DNA from: a virus
Lineage: Duplodnaviria > Caudoviricetes
IMG/VR virus record: IMGVR_UViG_3300035522_000179
Span: 185,614 to 249,613 of that record
Reading direction: 5' to 3' (one strand)
Length of the DNA stretch: 64,000 nucleotides
Shown: piece by piece, positions 10,331 through 20,916 of the stretch
Layout: each line of letters opens with the position of its first letter
Numbering within the stretch: position 1 is the stretch's first letter
The notes under the pieces: generated by a model
Seen by the model: the letters and a program-made list of their open reading frames with translations, nothing else
What the model was told of the DNA's origin: nothing
Database searches by the model: none
Made by a program: the position numbers and the translations under genes

Positions 10331-10768
10331 ATGTTACTTCCATTTGGTAAGGTCATTTCAGGGGGTGTCGTTAGTCCCTTTAAAGGAACCAAAGATTATA
10401 TATCCGTAGGATTTAAACTAAAAGAATATGAAAAGAAAAATAAAATAACCCCTCTAAAAAAGATGAAGAGGAAGTTATTTAAGTCGGATGAAAGAAATGT
10501 GGATTTGAATCAACAGATTGCAAATCCGTTACTGGTATTACTGAAAAGAAATTCTGCAAATACCACCGATGTGTTCTTTGTTGGAGATCGAGCAATGGTA
10601 TCTTGTTCCTATCAAATGAAACAAGGAATGATGAATAAGAAGACAAAGATTATCTGTAATTGTATTTCGGATGAAGCGAAAACTCACTCTGCTTATTACT
10701 ACATTGCTCTTTGTAGAAAATACAATATCGTCACAAGTAATATGGACGAATTGCTTGCAAAGCTTTAA
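10331..10768 (+). CDS. hypothetical protein
   Basis: 145 aa with RBS; GACA-N6-TA at 10294-10305. Confidence 0.7.
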   Translation: MLLPFGKVISGGVVSPFKGTKDYISVGFKLKEYEKKNKITPLKKMKRKLFKSDERNVDLNQQIANPLLVLLKRNSANTTDVFFVGDRAMVSCSYQMKQGMMNKKTKIICNCISDEAKTHSAYYYIALCRKYNIVTSNMDELLAKL

Positions 10769-10848
10769 TCGTATTTTCGGTGAAAATACTTCGTCATACT
10801 TTTTTATTTGTTTCTTCCCGAGAAATGAGTAGGCTAGTGTTACCTAGC

Positions 10849-11346
10849 CTACTCATTCTCCTTCTTTTTAAAAAGCTTTGATAATAATTTAAACGTTACT
10901 ACGTTGTATTTCTTCATTGGTTCATTGAATATCCACCACCGAATAAAGTCATCCGCAATGATTGCTGGAATCGCTAATAAAAACCAAAGAAATGCAAACA
11001 ACAAGCAAATCTGTCCATCTATATTCAGTGGTAGGCTAGAGTAATCCCACACATTTAATTCAAACGTCACATTGATAATTAAACCTGACAAATATTCAAT
11101 TGCAGTTACAACTAGGGAAGATATTAAACATTGTAATTCTAAAGCCATTTCATAAGTAAATAATTCATTGATTAATCCAATTAACGTAAAGCATATTCCA
11201 CCAACAATATTCATTGTCCAATGGGAATGCCCTCTCCATAACATCTCAACCAGTACATACAAAAATCCACCGATAAAGAATAACGTTAACTCTTTGCATA
11301 AGTAGCAAACAGATTTATGAATTTTTTCTAAAGCGGAATCAAACAT
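10849..11346 (-). CDS. membrane protein, putative ABC-transporter type IV (CmpB-like) family
   Basis: GGFLYVLVEMLWRGHSHWTM...EYLSGLIIN...WDYSSLPLNIDGQICLLF, with about four TM helices. Confidence 0.75.
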   Translation of the reverse strand: MFDSALEKIHKSVCYLCKELTLFFIGGFLYVLVEMLWRGHSHWTMNIVGGICFTLIGLINELFTYEMALELQCLISSLVVTAIEYLSGLIINVTFELNVWDYSSLPLNIDGQICLLFAFLWFLLAIPAIIADDFIRWWIFNEPMKKYNVVTFKLLSKLFKKKENE

Positions 11347-11414
11347 ACCTTATCCCTCCTTTAAAAGAACCCCAGGTATAAATTAATATACCTGGGGTCA
11401 TTGGTTGGTTTAAA

Positions 11415-11990
11415 TTAAACCTCCTGGAACAACAGATCGCTCTCAGTAACGTCGTCAGGAATCTGACTTTCAACATCGATGAACAGAACACGAGCACGTG
11501 CGCCTGTTGCAGTCTTCAGCTCTTCGATTGCATCCGCATTGGTCTTGATATCGGTCTCAGCAGTATCAACACGACCAGTCAGAGCATCCAGAGCATCCTT
11601 GTTAGCAGCAATCGCCTCTTTGTTGGTCTTGATATCAGCTTCGTTGGTATCAACACGACCAGTCAGTGTCTCAACGGTGCCAGACAGAGTATCAAGAGAA
11701 TCACCCAGCTCTTTCAGTCTACCAGCTACGGATGTAGCAACGTCCTCTTTGGACAGGTAATCGATAATCTCTCTCAGAGTATCCAGTGCAGAGTCAGTTC
11801 CTGCGAAGTCAACAGAAGCCTTGAAGTTGTTCCAAGACTCCAGATCCGTGTAAACAGTTGCCAGAGTAGTAGCCAGACTCTGTACAGTAGCACCGTAAGT
11901 TACGGTAACCTGCTCGCCAGTGGTCTTGGGCATCAACTCATAAATATCATTAGCGATTTTACGCTTGATAATAACATTTTTAGCACTCAT
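11415..11990 (-). CDS. coiled-coil virion / tail-fibre-associated protein
   Basis: Heptad repeats (LTGRVDT twice), plus ELMPKT and DTLREI motifs common in Firmicute phage fibre proteins. Confidence 0.55.
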   Translation of the reverse strand: MSAKNVIIKRKIANDIYELMPKTTGEQVTVTYGATVQSLATTLATVYTDLESWNNFKASVDFAGTDSALDTLREIIDYLSKEDVATSVAGRLKELGDSLDTLSGTVETLTGRVDTNEADIKTNKEAIAANKDALDALTGRVDTAETDIKTNADAIEELKTATGARARVLFIDVESQIPDDVTESDLLFQEV

Positions 11991-12080
11991 AGCATTTATC
12001 TCCTTGAATAAAATATTAATAGAGAAACATTTATTATGCTTCTCTATTAATATTATTGTTTTAAAAGTCTATAGGGATAT

Positions 12081-12407
12081 TTACTCGTCGTCTACCTCAG
12101 AGGTGGTTGGATCGTAAATGTTGAACCAATATCCACCAGAACTAAGAGAAGGCTTCACACTATCGGTAATGATTGTATTCTGAGCCATCTTATCATACTG
12201 CTTTTTCATATCCGGGGTAATAAACCCAGGTTTGTTCGTACTTGGATCCACTACTGCCAACTGATCCGTAATGTCTGAGAGTTGGTCTCTAAGGGGTACT
12301 CCACTTATCGGGTCAAGTACAGCATCAATCTGTGTCTCAGGATGGATCACATCTCTGTTACCACTCGAATCCTGAGGTGTATATTGTCTTCCGATTATTG
12401 TTCCCAT
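12081..12407 (-). CDS. small putative virion/tail protein
   Basis: DVIHPETQIDAV motif; AACA-N6-TA at 12453-12464. Confidence 0.5.
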   Translation of the reverse strand: MGTIIGRQYTPQDSSGNRDVIHPETQIDAVLDPISGVPLRDQLSDITDQLAVVDPSTNKPGFITPDMKKQYDKMAQNTIITDSVKPSLSSGGYWFNIYDPTTSEVDDE

Positions 12408-12504
12408 AATCAGTTTCCTCTCTTTCTTAACTTATTGAATTGGAAATCATTTTAGATAATTGTTTTCCATTCCTTTTCAGTGACGGAAAAACAACTGTTT
12501 AACA

Positions 12505-13155
12505 ATGTACGGAAAGGAAGTAATGAATATGCGATATCATAATATCGAAACAAATAATATGGAGAATGGATACGGACTAAGAGTATTGGTTTGGATATCC
12601 GGTTGTTTTCATAATTGTGATGAGTGTCAAAATCCCATTACTCATGATCCTAACGATGGTCTTGAATTTGGGGAAGATGAATCATGGGAAGTGTTAGATA
12701 ATTTAAAACCCGATTACATCAACGGTGTTACATTTACTGGTGGAGATCCCCTCTGTTATAGTGCACAAGACGTCAATCGTCTTATTTATAGAATTCGGAA
12801 TCTATTTGGTGATTCCAAAACAATTTGGATCTATACCGGATTTAAATTCGAAGATTTGTTAAAGAAAGCACTTGATGATAATCAGAAAGAAACCAAGGAT
12901 ATCATAGACTCGGTTTCTATCGCTAGGATTCTCAGCCATATCGATGTTCTCTGTGATGGCAAATATGAAAAAGACCATGCTTCCAAAGGATATCATTACG
13001 TAGGAAGTACCAATCAGAGAGTGATTGATGTAAAGAAAACTTTAGAAGAAGAAAGAATTGTATTCTTAGAGCCTGATCAGGAACAGTATTGTACTGCAAA
13101 AAAGATGGATGATGATGAGTTAAAAGATCTGATTCGGAAATTCAAAGAATTATAA
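12505..13155 (+). CDS. nrdG: anaerobic ribonucleotide reductase activating enzyme (radical SAM)
   Basis: NGYGLRVLVWISGCFHNCDECQN (CxxxCxxC), GVTFTGGDPL, IWIYTG, DVLCDGKY and GSTNQRVID. The true start is probably ~12523-12529. Confidence 0.92.
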   Translation: MYGKEVMNMRYHNIETNNMENGYGLRVLVWISGCFHNCDECQNPITHDPNDGLEFGEDESWEVLDNLKPDYINGVTFTGGDPLCYSAQDVNRLIYRIRNLFGDSKTIWIYTGFKFEDLLKKALDDNQKETKDIIDSVSIARILSHIDVLCDGKYEKDHASKGYHYVGSTNQRVIDVKKTLEEERIVFLEPDQEQYCTAKKMDDDELKDLIRKFKEL

Positions 13156-13204
13156 AAAAATAAGTGAATAGAAGTTTTGTCTTCTATTCACTTATTTTCT
13201 GTTT

Positions 13205-15301
13205 TTATAAAACCCCTTTGGATTCGTATTTGGGTTTCATCTTTTTGGGTCCATAAATATCATAAAGGTTCGGAACCTTCGGTTTCAAGAACGGATCAAT
13301 ATAAGAAGTTCCAGTCCTTTCTGTGACAATTTCATCACTCAACAACTGCCTCTTGATGTACTGAACCGATAAACCAAGCCCCGGAGATTTGTTCTCTTCC
13401 AAAGCTTTTGCAATTGTGATAATCTCGTAAGGCTCCAATTCTGGATTGGTAAAATCAGGTCTATCGTATTTATGCTTGATTGACCGAATCAACCGATTGA
13501 TAATAATCTCACCAGATAATGCGGATGCTTTAATTCCTGAGATCACTAAAAGCTCTGTAAATTTCTGTACCATTTCATCAATGGTTTGAATCTCACCATC
13601 TTTATGACTCTTATTCAAAAGACCCATCATCTCATAAAGAGGTTTCGTAAGTTCATCGTTTAAGATACTCATCTCAAAGATCTTTGTATCGTTCTCCAGA
13701 TCCTTGAATTTGATATATCCTTTTCCTTTCTTCATATAATCGATTACATCATCTGCAAGGAAGATTGCTTTTCCTTCGTTTTCCAATTTGATTTCTGTCA
13801 TCTCTTTGGTATCCAGATTTACAACGTAAAACATCCCGCCGCTGATGTAAGTATTGTAAGAGGATTCTTCGTCCATCTCATCCACTTTGTTAATTGTAGA
13901 AGGAGAGATGTAGATTGCATACTTGTTGATATCCACTTCATCATTGTCTTCTACAATAGGATAGACTTCTCCAGAATCCAAAGTAAAGAACTTGTCAAAG
14001 GCATCGTTAAACTTAAGCACTTCTGAGTGCGTTGTCAGTAGATGCTTTGAGGATAAGACATTCTGCTCCAATTCCTTTGTAATCTCTTCCGATTCAAATC
14101 CAGAGATACCGGCAGCAATATCATAATTAAGACCAGCCGTTCTTCCAACACATTTTGCACAGATTTTATCTCCCAGTGCACAAGTCACAGGAGAGCGAAG
14201 AATGATCTCTTCTCCAATTAAGAACTTATCGTTGTCTCCATCCAAGAGTTGGAAATCCTGATCTTCGGATACTTTGTAGTATCTGTGGTCGAACTTATGA
14301 AGCATCTTCTTATCCTGAATCTTAATCCTCAAGAAATGCTTGGTATCGCAGTCGTTTAACGTTGTAGATAATTCCAGAGTTCTCGCAAGCTGTAAGGTCA
14401 GCTTACCGAAGTTTCCAGCAGTTCCCATAACGGTCTTATTTAAAATCAAAGATTTTCTTGCTGCAGATCCGTCTATGTAAACATAAGAGGGTCTGTCCAA
14501 TCCGCGAATCAAAGTACTATTCTCAATGGGATGCGTCATGATCGCTCCATCCAAAGTAGGCTTCAATCCTTGTGCAATGGTGAACTCACCAAACTGCTTG
14601 ATCTTAATTCCTGTTTGGGCATTCATAATCACACCGATTGCATTTCTTGACTTCTTGTAGATATCTACCTCTTCTGCTAAGAGATTCTCAATCTTTAATT
14701 CTACGTCTCTAGGTTGCATCGCATCATCGAAAGAACACTCCATAATATCTTTTATCCTATCATTGTTGCGATACATATCATCAAAGGTGAAATATGAAAA
14801 ATTGAGATTCATAATCAAGGAAAAATCCAAGGAAATCCCTCTCAATTTATAACAAACCTTTGACACTGCCTTATTGATAGATACTTCCCTCACATTGAAA
14901 TTACGAAGGGGAATAATGATACGATAACTAATCCAGTTATCCAAATCATATTCCTTGGTCGCAATGATCTTCGTACCATCCATAATGTAATTCTTATTTA
15001 AGAACTTGATTGTATTTACCAATACAAACGGCTCCCATAAAATAAGATTGATGATGAAGTGACGAAGCTGAACCGTATAGGTTTCTGTGTCTTTCGTATA
15101 AAACTTAAAGGTAATCGGATACTCCCTACATTCTTTTATCTCGAAGCATCCTTTGATGATATTATACATCTTTTGGAAGAAGTCTTCATAGATCTCTTCC
15201 GTTGCCATAATCGGCTCTAGTGTGTAACACTTTTGAGTAAGTTTCTTTAAATCTTCCACACCATGAATTTCTGGTATGTTTTCATTTTGTATTGTATCCA
15301 T
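13205..15301 (-). CDS. multisubunit RNA polymerase beta' C-terminal subunit (probably non-virion RNAP)
   Basis: Bridge-helix-like AARKSLILNKTVMGTAGNFGK, DCDT, Zn site LRSPVTC...ICAKCVG and trigger-loop-like EQNVLSSKH. This is a split beta' as in phiKZ/AR9, and it lies in an ATATATTAT operon. Confidence 0.85.
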   Translation of the reverse strand: MDTIQNENIPEIHGVEDLKKLTQKCYTLEPIMATEEIYEDFFQKMYNIIKGCFEIKECREYPITFKFYTKDTETYTVQLRHFIINLILWEPFVLVNTIKFLNKNYIMDGTKIIATKEYDLDNWISYRIIIPLRNFNVREVSINKAVSKVCYKLRGISLDFSLIMNLNFSYFTFDDMYRNNDRIKDIMECSFDDAMQPRDVELKIENLLAEEVDIYKKSRNAIGVIMNAQTGIKIKQFGEFTIAQGLKPTLDGAIMTHPIENSTLIRGLDRPSYVYIDGSAARKSLILNKTVMGTAGNFGKLTLQLARTLELSTTLNDCDTKHFLRIKIQDKKMLHKFDHRYYKVSEDQDFQLLDGDNDKFLIGEEIILRSPVTCALGDKICAKCVGRTAGLNYDIAAGISGFESEEITKELEQNVLSSKHLLTTHSEVLKFNDAFDKFFTLDSGEVYPIVEDNDEVDINKYAIYISPSTINKVDEMDEESSYNTYISGGMFYVVNLDTKEMTEIKLENEGKAIFLADDVIDYMKKGKGYIKFKDLENDTKIFEMSILNDELTKPLYEMMGLLNKSHKDGEIQTIDEMVQKFTELLVISGIKASALSGEIIINRLIRSIKHKYDRPDFTNPELEPYEIITIAKALEENKSPGLGLSVQYIKRQLLSDEIVTERTGTSYIDPFLKPKVPNLYDIYGPKKMKPKYESKGVL

Positions 15302-15317
15302 TTTGTAAACCTACCTT

Positions 15318-15839
15318 CTAAAAATTATAAAGAACGTCATCATTGTTAACTGATTGTGGAAGCCATACTGAGTTTTCATAGTGATCATATTCTTTCTCCT
15401 CAATAAAAGTCTTCTTATTCAAATCAATAAACAACGACAAAGTATCGATTACCAGATGATTCTCACCATCATCGATAGTGGTTAGTCTAGTAATCGATTC
15501 CATGTATTTCTTTTTCACAGGATACTTTCGAAATACTTTCTCTATTTCTTCTACCATCTTTTCGATGTTCTCAATCTCTACAGATAAACGAACATCCTCA
15601 TCATAAGTTTCTGCAAAATCAATTACTGGAACTCCTTTTGTTTCTAAAGGAAATTTCCCAAGCATCTTTGATTTGTTATAACTCATGAATGCTCTTCCTT
15701 CGATGTCAGAAACTTTCTTTTTCTGGTAGATGAAGCATTTCATATTCCTTTGTAACATGAAGAGCTCAGCTGTCTCTTTCGTTAACGTATAGGCATAAAG
15801 TTCTTTCGTGGACTTTAAATAAAACATATAGATTTTCAT
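15318..15839 (-). CDS. hypothetical protein
   Basis: 173 aa, in an operon with the RNAP subunit. Confidence 0.75.
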   Translation of the reverse strand: MKIYMFYLKSTKELYAYTLTKETAELFMLQRNMKCFIYQKKKVSDIEGRAFMSYNKSKMLGKFPLETKGVPVIDFAETYDEDVRLSVEIENIEKMVEEIEKVFRKYPVKKKYMESITRLTTIDDGENHLVIDTLSLFIDLNKKTFIEEKEYDHYENSVWLPQSVNNDDVLYNF

Positions 15840-15845
15840 CGTTTC

Positions 15846-16157
15846 TCATCCTATCCATGTTTTTACGAATATGGGATCATTTGCAATGGATTCTTCCACC
15901 CGGTCAATATCAAATACCGTTTCAAGATTCTTTCCTTTCCGAAGTTTCTTGATTGCTTTCTTAATTTCTGAAACCGCCTCCTCATATTCTTTCTTGGTTA
16001 AGTTCTGACAATACAACAGATTATCATACATCTCAATATAAGTCTCTAACTGATCTGCCATAAGGTTTAACTTCTCTTGCGGAAATGGATTTTCCCAATC
16101 TTCATCAGTGAATCTCCCATAATAAGCTTCTCTTTTCTCCTTTTTCTTTTTGCCCAT
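15846..16157 (-). CDS. hypothetical protein
   Basis: 103 aa with aggagg RBS, behind the early promoter. Confidence 0.75.
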   Translation of the reverse strand: MGKKKKEKREAYYGRFTDEDWENPFPQEKLNLMADQLETYIEMYDNLLYCQNLTKKEYEEAVSEIKKAIKKLRKGKNLETVFDIDRVEESIANDPIFVKTWIG

Positions 16158-16199
16158 ATTTATTACCTCCTAAAAGTTATATTTTCTGTATTCAGAAAA

Positions 16200-16208
16200 A
16201 TAATATAT
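16200..16208 (-). promoter_or_regulatory. early-type phage promoter ATATATTAT
   Basis: Upstream of the operon containing the RNAP beta'-C gene. Confidence 0.75.
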
Positions 16209-16268
16209 AAGCAAAAGAAAAAGAACGAAGTGAATGTGATTTTTCACATTCACTTCGTTAAGTGGATT

Positions 16269-16937
16269 CTACTTATCAGCAATCTGCTTAGCAGCGTTTG
16301 CAATGGTAGGAGACTTAGATCTTCTCAGTCTCATTACATACTCTTTTGCTTTCTTCATAGCAGGCTGTTTGTATCTCTGACGAAGAACTGCCTTAAGACG
16401 TCTTCTCATGCCCTGCACCTTAGCCAGCTTGAAGTATACCGGATCTCTCTTTGCACGAGCGATTGCCTGTACACAAACCTCAAACAGCTGATTGGTTCTT
16501 GCCTGTTTGGTAAATCTTACCATATTCTTCTGATAGAACTTTGCTTCCATAAACAGGGAGTTGTCTACCATGAAGTTCGAACGAAACGCCTCCATAGCAA
16601 ATCCCTCATCTACTGCAATGTCAAACTCAGAACTCTCAGCAAACTCATTTACCTCATCCTGAGAAAGTACATCCTTCAAGATAATGGGAGTAGCGGCAAT
16701 GTTAATGATGGAATCTGCCTCAGCATCCTCATCCGGATTCAACTCCAGACCATTTTCAGGCTTCTCCATATCATCATTTACATCATCATTCTCCACGGGA
16801 GTGGTTATATCATCATTGTCATCGTATCCGGCTTCATCATCCTCATATCCATTATTTATCTCATCAATACCCTCTCTAAAGTAAGGATCATTGTGTCGAC
16901 TAGGAAGAGGATTTCTAAGTTCATCTAAAAAACTCAT
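16269..16937 (-). CDS. putative head protein (acidic propeptide, basic C-terminus)
   Basis: Acidic N-half, FME-A candidate cleavage site, very basic C-terminus; AACA-N6-TA at 16991-17002. Confidence 0.55.
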   Translation of the reverse strand: MSFLDELRNPLPSRHNDPYFREGIDEINNGYEDDEAGYDDNDDITTPVENDDVNDDMEKPENGLELNPDEDAEADSIINIAATPIILKDVLSQDEVNEFAESSEFDIAVDEGFAMEAFRSNFMVDNSLFMEAKFYQKNMVRFTKQARTNQLFEVCVQAIARAKRDPVYFKLAKVQGMRRRLKAVLRQRYKQPAMKKAKEYVMRLRRSKSPTIANAAKQIADK

Positions 16938-17030
16938 ATCTTTTCATTCCTTTCTTGTATTATATAAAATTACTTTTGTAATCTTAATATTAACACATTG
17001 TTTTTATTAGAAAGCAGATATTTCTTTCCA

Positions 17031-17672
17031 TCAATCCTTATTATCCAACTTTTCTTTCAGTTCTTCGATTTTTTCTTTGGTAGACTGAATCTCTTTGTTT
17101 CCACCAGAAACCTGTTCTTTTTTCTTTTCTTTAAGAACAGATTTTGCTTTCTGAGAAACTCCTTTGATAACAGATTTCAGTTTTCCTTTAAGAGAATTCA
17201 GCTCTTGAATTTCATCTCTCACATCATCCAGTTGTTTGCTGTCGATATCATCATAAGATTTAACAACGATATCTGCATACTCATCTTTCAGTGAAACGGT
17301 TAACTTATTAAGTTCGGTATCCAGCTTTATAATAAACTCTTCACAACATGCCTCGATATCCTTATCTGTAGTAGATCTCTTTGATAACAGGGACATGATT
17401 TTCTTTTCATATCCTTCCAATACACTTATAATACCTTTGAAATCACTAGCGTGTTTGGATTCTTTCAAATTCTTTATCTCGTTACGTATAAGAGAAATGA
17501 ACTTATAATCTGCGTAGGTAAGATCGTCACGAGGATTTCCCTCTGACATAACTCTCAAAACATCTCCAAGTTCCTCTATGGTCTCCGCACTTTCTACAAC
17601 CTCTATCAGATCGGTATCTTCGTCGAGACCTCTCTCATAAATCATTAATTTTACTCTATCTCTAATATCCAT
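17031..17672 (-). CDS. putative internal head protein
   Basis: 213 aa helical protein with VVE-SA and MSE-G motifs; AACA-N6-TA at 17707-17718. Confidence 0.5.
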   Translation of the reverse strand: MDIRDRVKLMIYERGLDEDTDLIEVVESAETIEELGDVLRVMSEGNPRDDLTYADYKFISLIRNEIKNLKESKHASDFKGIISVLEGYEKKIMSLLSKRSTTDKDIEACCEEFIIKLDTELNKLTVSLKDEYADIVVKSYDDIDSKQLDDVRDEIQELNSLKGKLKSVIKGVSQKAKSVLKEKKKEQVSGGNKEIQSTKEKIEELKEKLDNKD

Positions 17673-17746
17673 TTGTATGATCCTCCTAGATATATTTTCA
17701 CGATTTTAACAAATTGTTTTCTCCTGTTTTTATCAAGAAAATAAAG

Positions 17747-17755
17747 ATATATTAT
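17747..17755 (+). promoter_or_regulatory. early-type phage promoter ATATATTAT
   Basis: Upstream of three small plus-strand ORFs. Confidence 0.75.
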
Positions 17756-17872
17756 TCCTATGAATCCGAATAGATATAGATGCATATTTGCTCTAATATG
17801 ATAAAAAACTATATCGAGTACACAATAATAAAATCTTGTGTATAAAATACATGAGCAGAAAGGAGATTTGAT

Positions 17873-18154
17873 ATGAGTGTCAAGAAAAAAGTAAACAAAA
17901 CGTTTACAAAAGTCACCAAAGGAATGGGATTCAATGCACTTGAGAGACGCAAACTCAAAAAGACAGCAAAGCAGTTCACCTATGATGTTGCTGTAGAGTC
18001 TGCATCGGAACTGGTAGTGATGGGAACTTGCTGTGCCGCAAGGTATGCTTGGAATTTCGCTACTGCTGGAGTAAGGGTTGCAAAAGACGCATGGACGAAT
18101 GCTGTTATTGCAGCCGAGGTAAATGCGGAGATTTCTTCTGGTGAAGATGACTAG
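17873..18154 (+). CDS. small early protein
   Basis: 93 aa with gaaaggag RBS. Confidence 0.75.
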   Translation: MSVKKKVNKTFTKVTKGMGFNALERRKLKKTAKQFTYDVAVESASELVVMGTCCAARYAWNFATAGVRVAKDAWTNAVIAAEVNAEISSGEDD

Positions 18155-18227
18155 TACTACTTGGGTAGAATGATTGAGATAATCTCAATCATTCTATCAT
18201 TACTTAAAGTTCATAAGGAGGACAAAG

Positions 18228-18404
18228 ATGAAAGCAATCAAGAAATTATGGAAATTCGTCAACCGTAGAAAGGTGGAGATTCTCTTAGGAGGAGCGGCTG
18301 TTTACCTTATCTACTTTCTTTGCAAAATTGTTTTTGACAACGGTACTACCAAAGATGGTAGTTATTACTATGCTGATTTTGATAATATTATTGGGGAGGA
18401 ATAA
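18228..18404 (+). CDS. 58-aa single-TM protein (absent from the ORF track)
   Basis: aaggagg RBS; MKAIKKLWKFVNRRKVEILLGGAAVYLIYFLCKIVFD... Confidence 0.75.
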   Translation: MKAIKKLWKFVNRRKVEILLGGAAVYLIYFLCKIVFDNGTTKDGSYYYADFDNIIGEE

Positions 18405-18407
18405 ACT

Positions 18408-18584
18408 ATGAGACCGAGTGAAAGAAGAGCAAAAAGAGAGCAGCAGAAAGCAATTGGAACACTGATGGTTGGTGTTGGAACACTTGGATTGGCTGCCAGT
18501 ATTGGTATGAAGGTGTTTGCCGTGAAAAAGAAGAAAGCCATTGTTGATTCACTGAATGATGTGAAGGACGATCTGGCTGAGTAA
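18408..18584 (+). CDS. 58-aa single-TM protein (absent from the ORF track)
   Basis: ggagg RBS; MRPSERRAKREQQKAIGTLMVGVGTLGLAASIGMKVFAVKKKK...; terminator at ~18615-18650. Confidence 0.75.
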   Translation: MRPSERRAKREQQKAIGTLMVGVGTLGLAASIGMKVFAVKKKKAIVDSLNDVKDDLAE

Positions 18585-18653
18585 TCCGGCTGATCTATGT
18601 CTTATCTGGCACAGAATAAGGAGTACGCATTTATTTGCGTACTCCTTATTTTT

Positions 18654-19961
18654 TTAAATCATTCCAACTCTTTCCAGAGTATTCTTGATCTGATTAATCT
18701 CTTCATCTGAATAGATGCCATCATCCGCAGCTTCCTGAACGTAGTTCCAGATCTCATCATTCATAGCACTCTCATTGGTAGAAGTATCTCCAGAATCGTC
18801 AGAACCAGAATCATCGCTTCCATCATCGGCATTGTCACCGTCATCGCTCTTACTCTTCTTACCCTTCTTCTTACCAGAATCATCAGAGTCATCATCAGAA
18901 GAATCACCCGAGTCATCACTTCCGCCGCTCAGTGCTTTGGAAAGCTTCTCATCCAGCTTGTCAGCCAGCTTCTTCTCTTCGTCAGTAAGAGTGATTTTAG
19001 CCTCTTTAATTTTTTCTTTCAGACTAAAGGATTCTCCATCATCACAACCACCGTCATCTGCAGCATCCTGTACATCTTTTGCTTCATTAATCTTCTTTGC
19101 AGCTTCCTCTTTTCCTTCTTCGTCACCAGCCTCAGCAGCTTCCAGATACTGACGAACATAGTCGGGAATACGATCAGGTGTTGCCACACTGTACATATAA
19201 TCCTCGCTTGCAAGTTCAAGCATTACATCTCTTTGCAGATCTGTAATCAAACCAGCATTGTAAGACTCTACAATGTAATCTACGAACTGATCTCTCTGCT
19301 CTTCGATTGCTGCCTCTACAACAGAGTTTACTGCCTCGTTTTTCTCGACTTCATTCTCAACACTCTCAAGACGGAGTAACAAATAATCTCTGAAGTTATC
19401 TGAAATTTTTCCAGATGCTGACTCCTCAAATACATCGATCTTCATCTGTTTCAAATCCTGTGTTGTCATAGTTTTATACTCTCCTTCTTTTACAGATTCT
19501 TCGTATGTTTCATACTGAATTTTTCCATGCTTTAAAGCTTCCGGGTTTACATAAACTCCCATTTCTCCTAAAGCACGAACGATATCACCCCTCTTTTTTG
19601 TCAGGGTGTCTGCATATTTTAATCTGCCAGTTTTCTGAATCCCATATTCTGCTTGCTTTCTGGGATTCATGGCTTCTTTTTCGTTATCCGAAAGTTCTTT
19701 CATAGTATCGGACAGAGCTTTTTTCAAGTTCCGAACCGTTGCATCTACGTTATCGGAATTTAACCCTTTAAGGTAGTTTTCCTTTTTGTATTTTGTAGCA
19801 GCTCCGTGAATTGCATTTTTTCCATGGGGAGTTTGGTAGAATACCTTCTCTCCTTTTTTATTCAAGGAATATTCGGTGGAATTTCGATCAGTAAGAAACG
19901 CTTTCGTATCACGCTTTGCTCTACCAATGACTTTCCACGCGTCATTAATAATATTCGGCAT
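18654..19961 (-). CDS. putative head/scaffold or internal protein
   Basis: Immediately downstream of the prohead protease; many xxE-S/A motifs and a D/S/G-rich segment. Confidence 0.55.
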   Translation of the reverse strand: MPNIINDAWKVIGRAKRDTKAFLTDRNSTEYSLNKKGEKVFYQTPHGKNAIHGAATKYKKENYLKGLNSDNVDATVRNLKKALSDTMKELSDNEKEAMNPRKQAEYGIQKTGRLKYADTLTKKRGDIVRALGEMGVYVNPEALKHGKIQYETYEESVKEGEYKTMTTQDLKQMKIDVFEESASGKISDNFRDYLLLRLESVENEVEKNEAVNSVVEAAIEEQRDQFVDYIVESYNAGLITDLQRDVMLELASEDYMYSVATPDRIPDYVRQYLEAAEAGDEEGKEEAAKKINEAKDVQDAADDGGCDDGESFSLKEKIKEAKITLTDEEKKLADKLDEKLSKALSGGSDDSGDSSDDDSDDSGKKKGKKSKSDDGDNADDGSDDSGSDDSGDTSTNESAMNDEIWNYVQEAADDGIYSDEEINQIKNTLERVGMI

Positions 19962-19977
19962 TTATTTTTTCCTCCTT

Positions 19978-20916
19978 TTAAAATGAGCTGAGGAAATCTA
20001 TAACACTATGCTTCGTTTGGGGAGATATCTTTGCATAAATGGTATTGTCTCCGTCTCGAATAATCGTATGATCCAAATTGGAATCAAACCCAACCATATC
20101 TTCCAAAGATAAATCAAAGGATTCCATAATTGCATTGGTGTTTGGATCTTTGATTCCAACATGTTCCAAAATCTCTTTTAAGGGAATGAGAATATCTTTT
20201 GTATAAGACTCTCTCATATCCTCATGTTTTCCGTTGTCCACTCCAGCGGACTCTAATGCAACCAAAGCAGAACTCTTACTCATAAACTGAGGTGTTCCCT
20301 CCATATTTGCATCATGATGAGAAGGATAAAGAACCCAGTCGTAAGTAATCAACTTTCTTACGATTACATAAGGTTCCCCATTAATATTCTGGATTCCCGC
20401 AATTGCTCTACAGCTAAAGGAAGGAATCAGACCCTGCAAAATTTCATCACAAAATCCTTTTCCCCATTCGGTTCCAGAAGCAGTTTGAATGGTTGCTCTC
20501 AATATATCGCCCTTTACAGCAGGGTTCATAATTTTATGGGAACGTCTTGACATCTCAATCAATTGAATTCTTTCAGGTGATAACTTCTGATCCTGATAAG
20601 CAGCGTAGGGATGATCCATCTCACCGTACCATGCATTTGTTCTTAACATCGTAACGATTCTTTCTGCTTTCAGCATATCATCAATATTGGGACCCCAATA
20701 TTTTCTTTTATTTCTATTTAAACATCTGAAAGTTTGCAAAATTGTATCAAACTGTGCAAATTTTACTCCAGCTTTTTCCTGATATTTCAGGCTGTCTACC
20801 ACGTTATTCTCAGGGGAAACCTGCTCTGCGATAAACATAAGACCCATATCATCAGCCTTCTGGAGATTTGGCGCTACAGCTTGACTTGTAGCTAAACCAG
20901 CCATAATTTTGATCAT
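19978..20916 (-). CDS. prohead (capsid maturation) protease, T4 gp21-like
   Basis: NRNKRKY, WYGEMDHP (His), PSFSCRA (Ser) and ITYDWVLYPSH (Asp); AACA-N6-TA at 20937-20948. Confidence 0.85.
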   Translation of the reverse strand: MIKIMAGLATSQAVAPNLQKADDMGLMFIAEQVSPENNVVDSLKYQEKAGVKFAQFDTILQTFRCLNRNKRKYWGPNIDDMLKAERIVTMLRTNAWYGEMDHPYAAYQDQKLSPERIQLIEMSRRSHKIMNPAVKGDILRATIQTASGTEWGKGFCDEILQGLIPSFSCRAIAGIQNINGEPYVIVRKLITYDWVLYPSHHDANMEGTPQFMSKSSALVALESAGVDNGKHEDMRESYTKDILIPLKEILEHVGIKDPNTNAIMESFDLSLEDMVGFDSNLDHTIIRDGDNTIYAKISPQTKHSVIDFLSSF

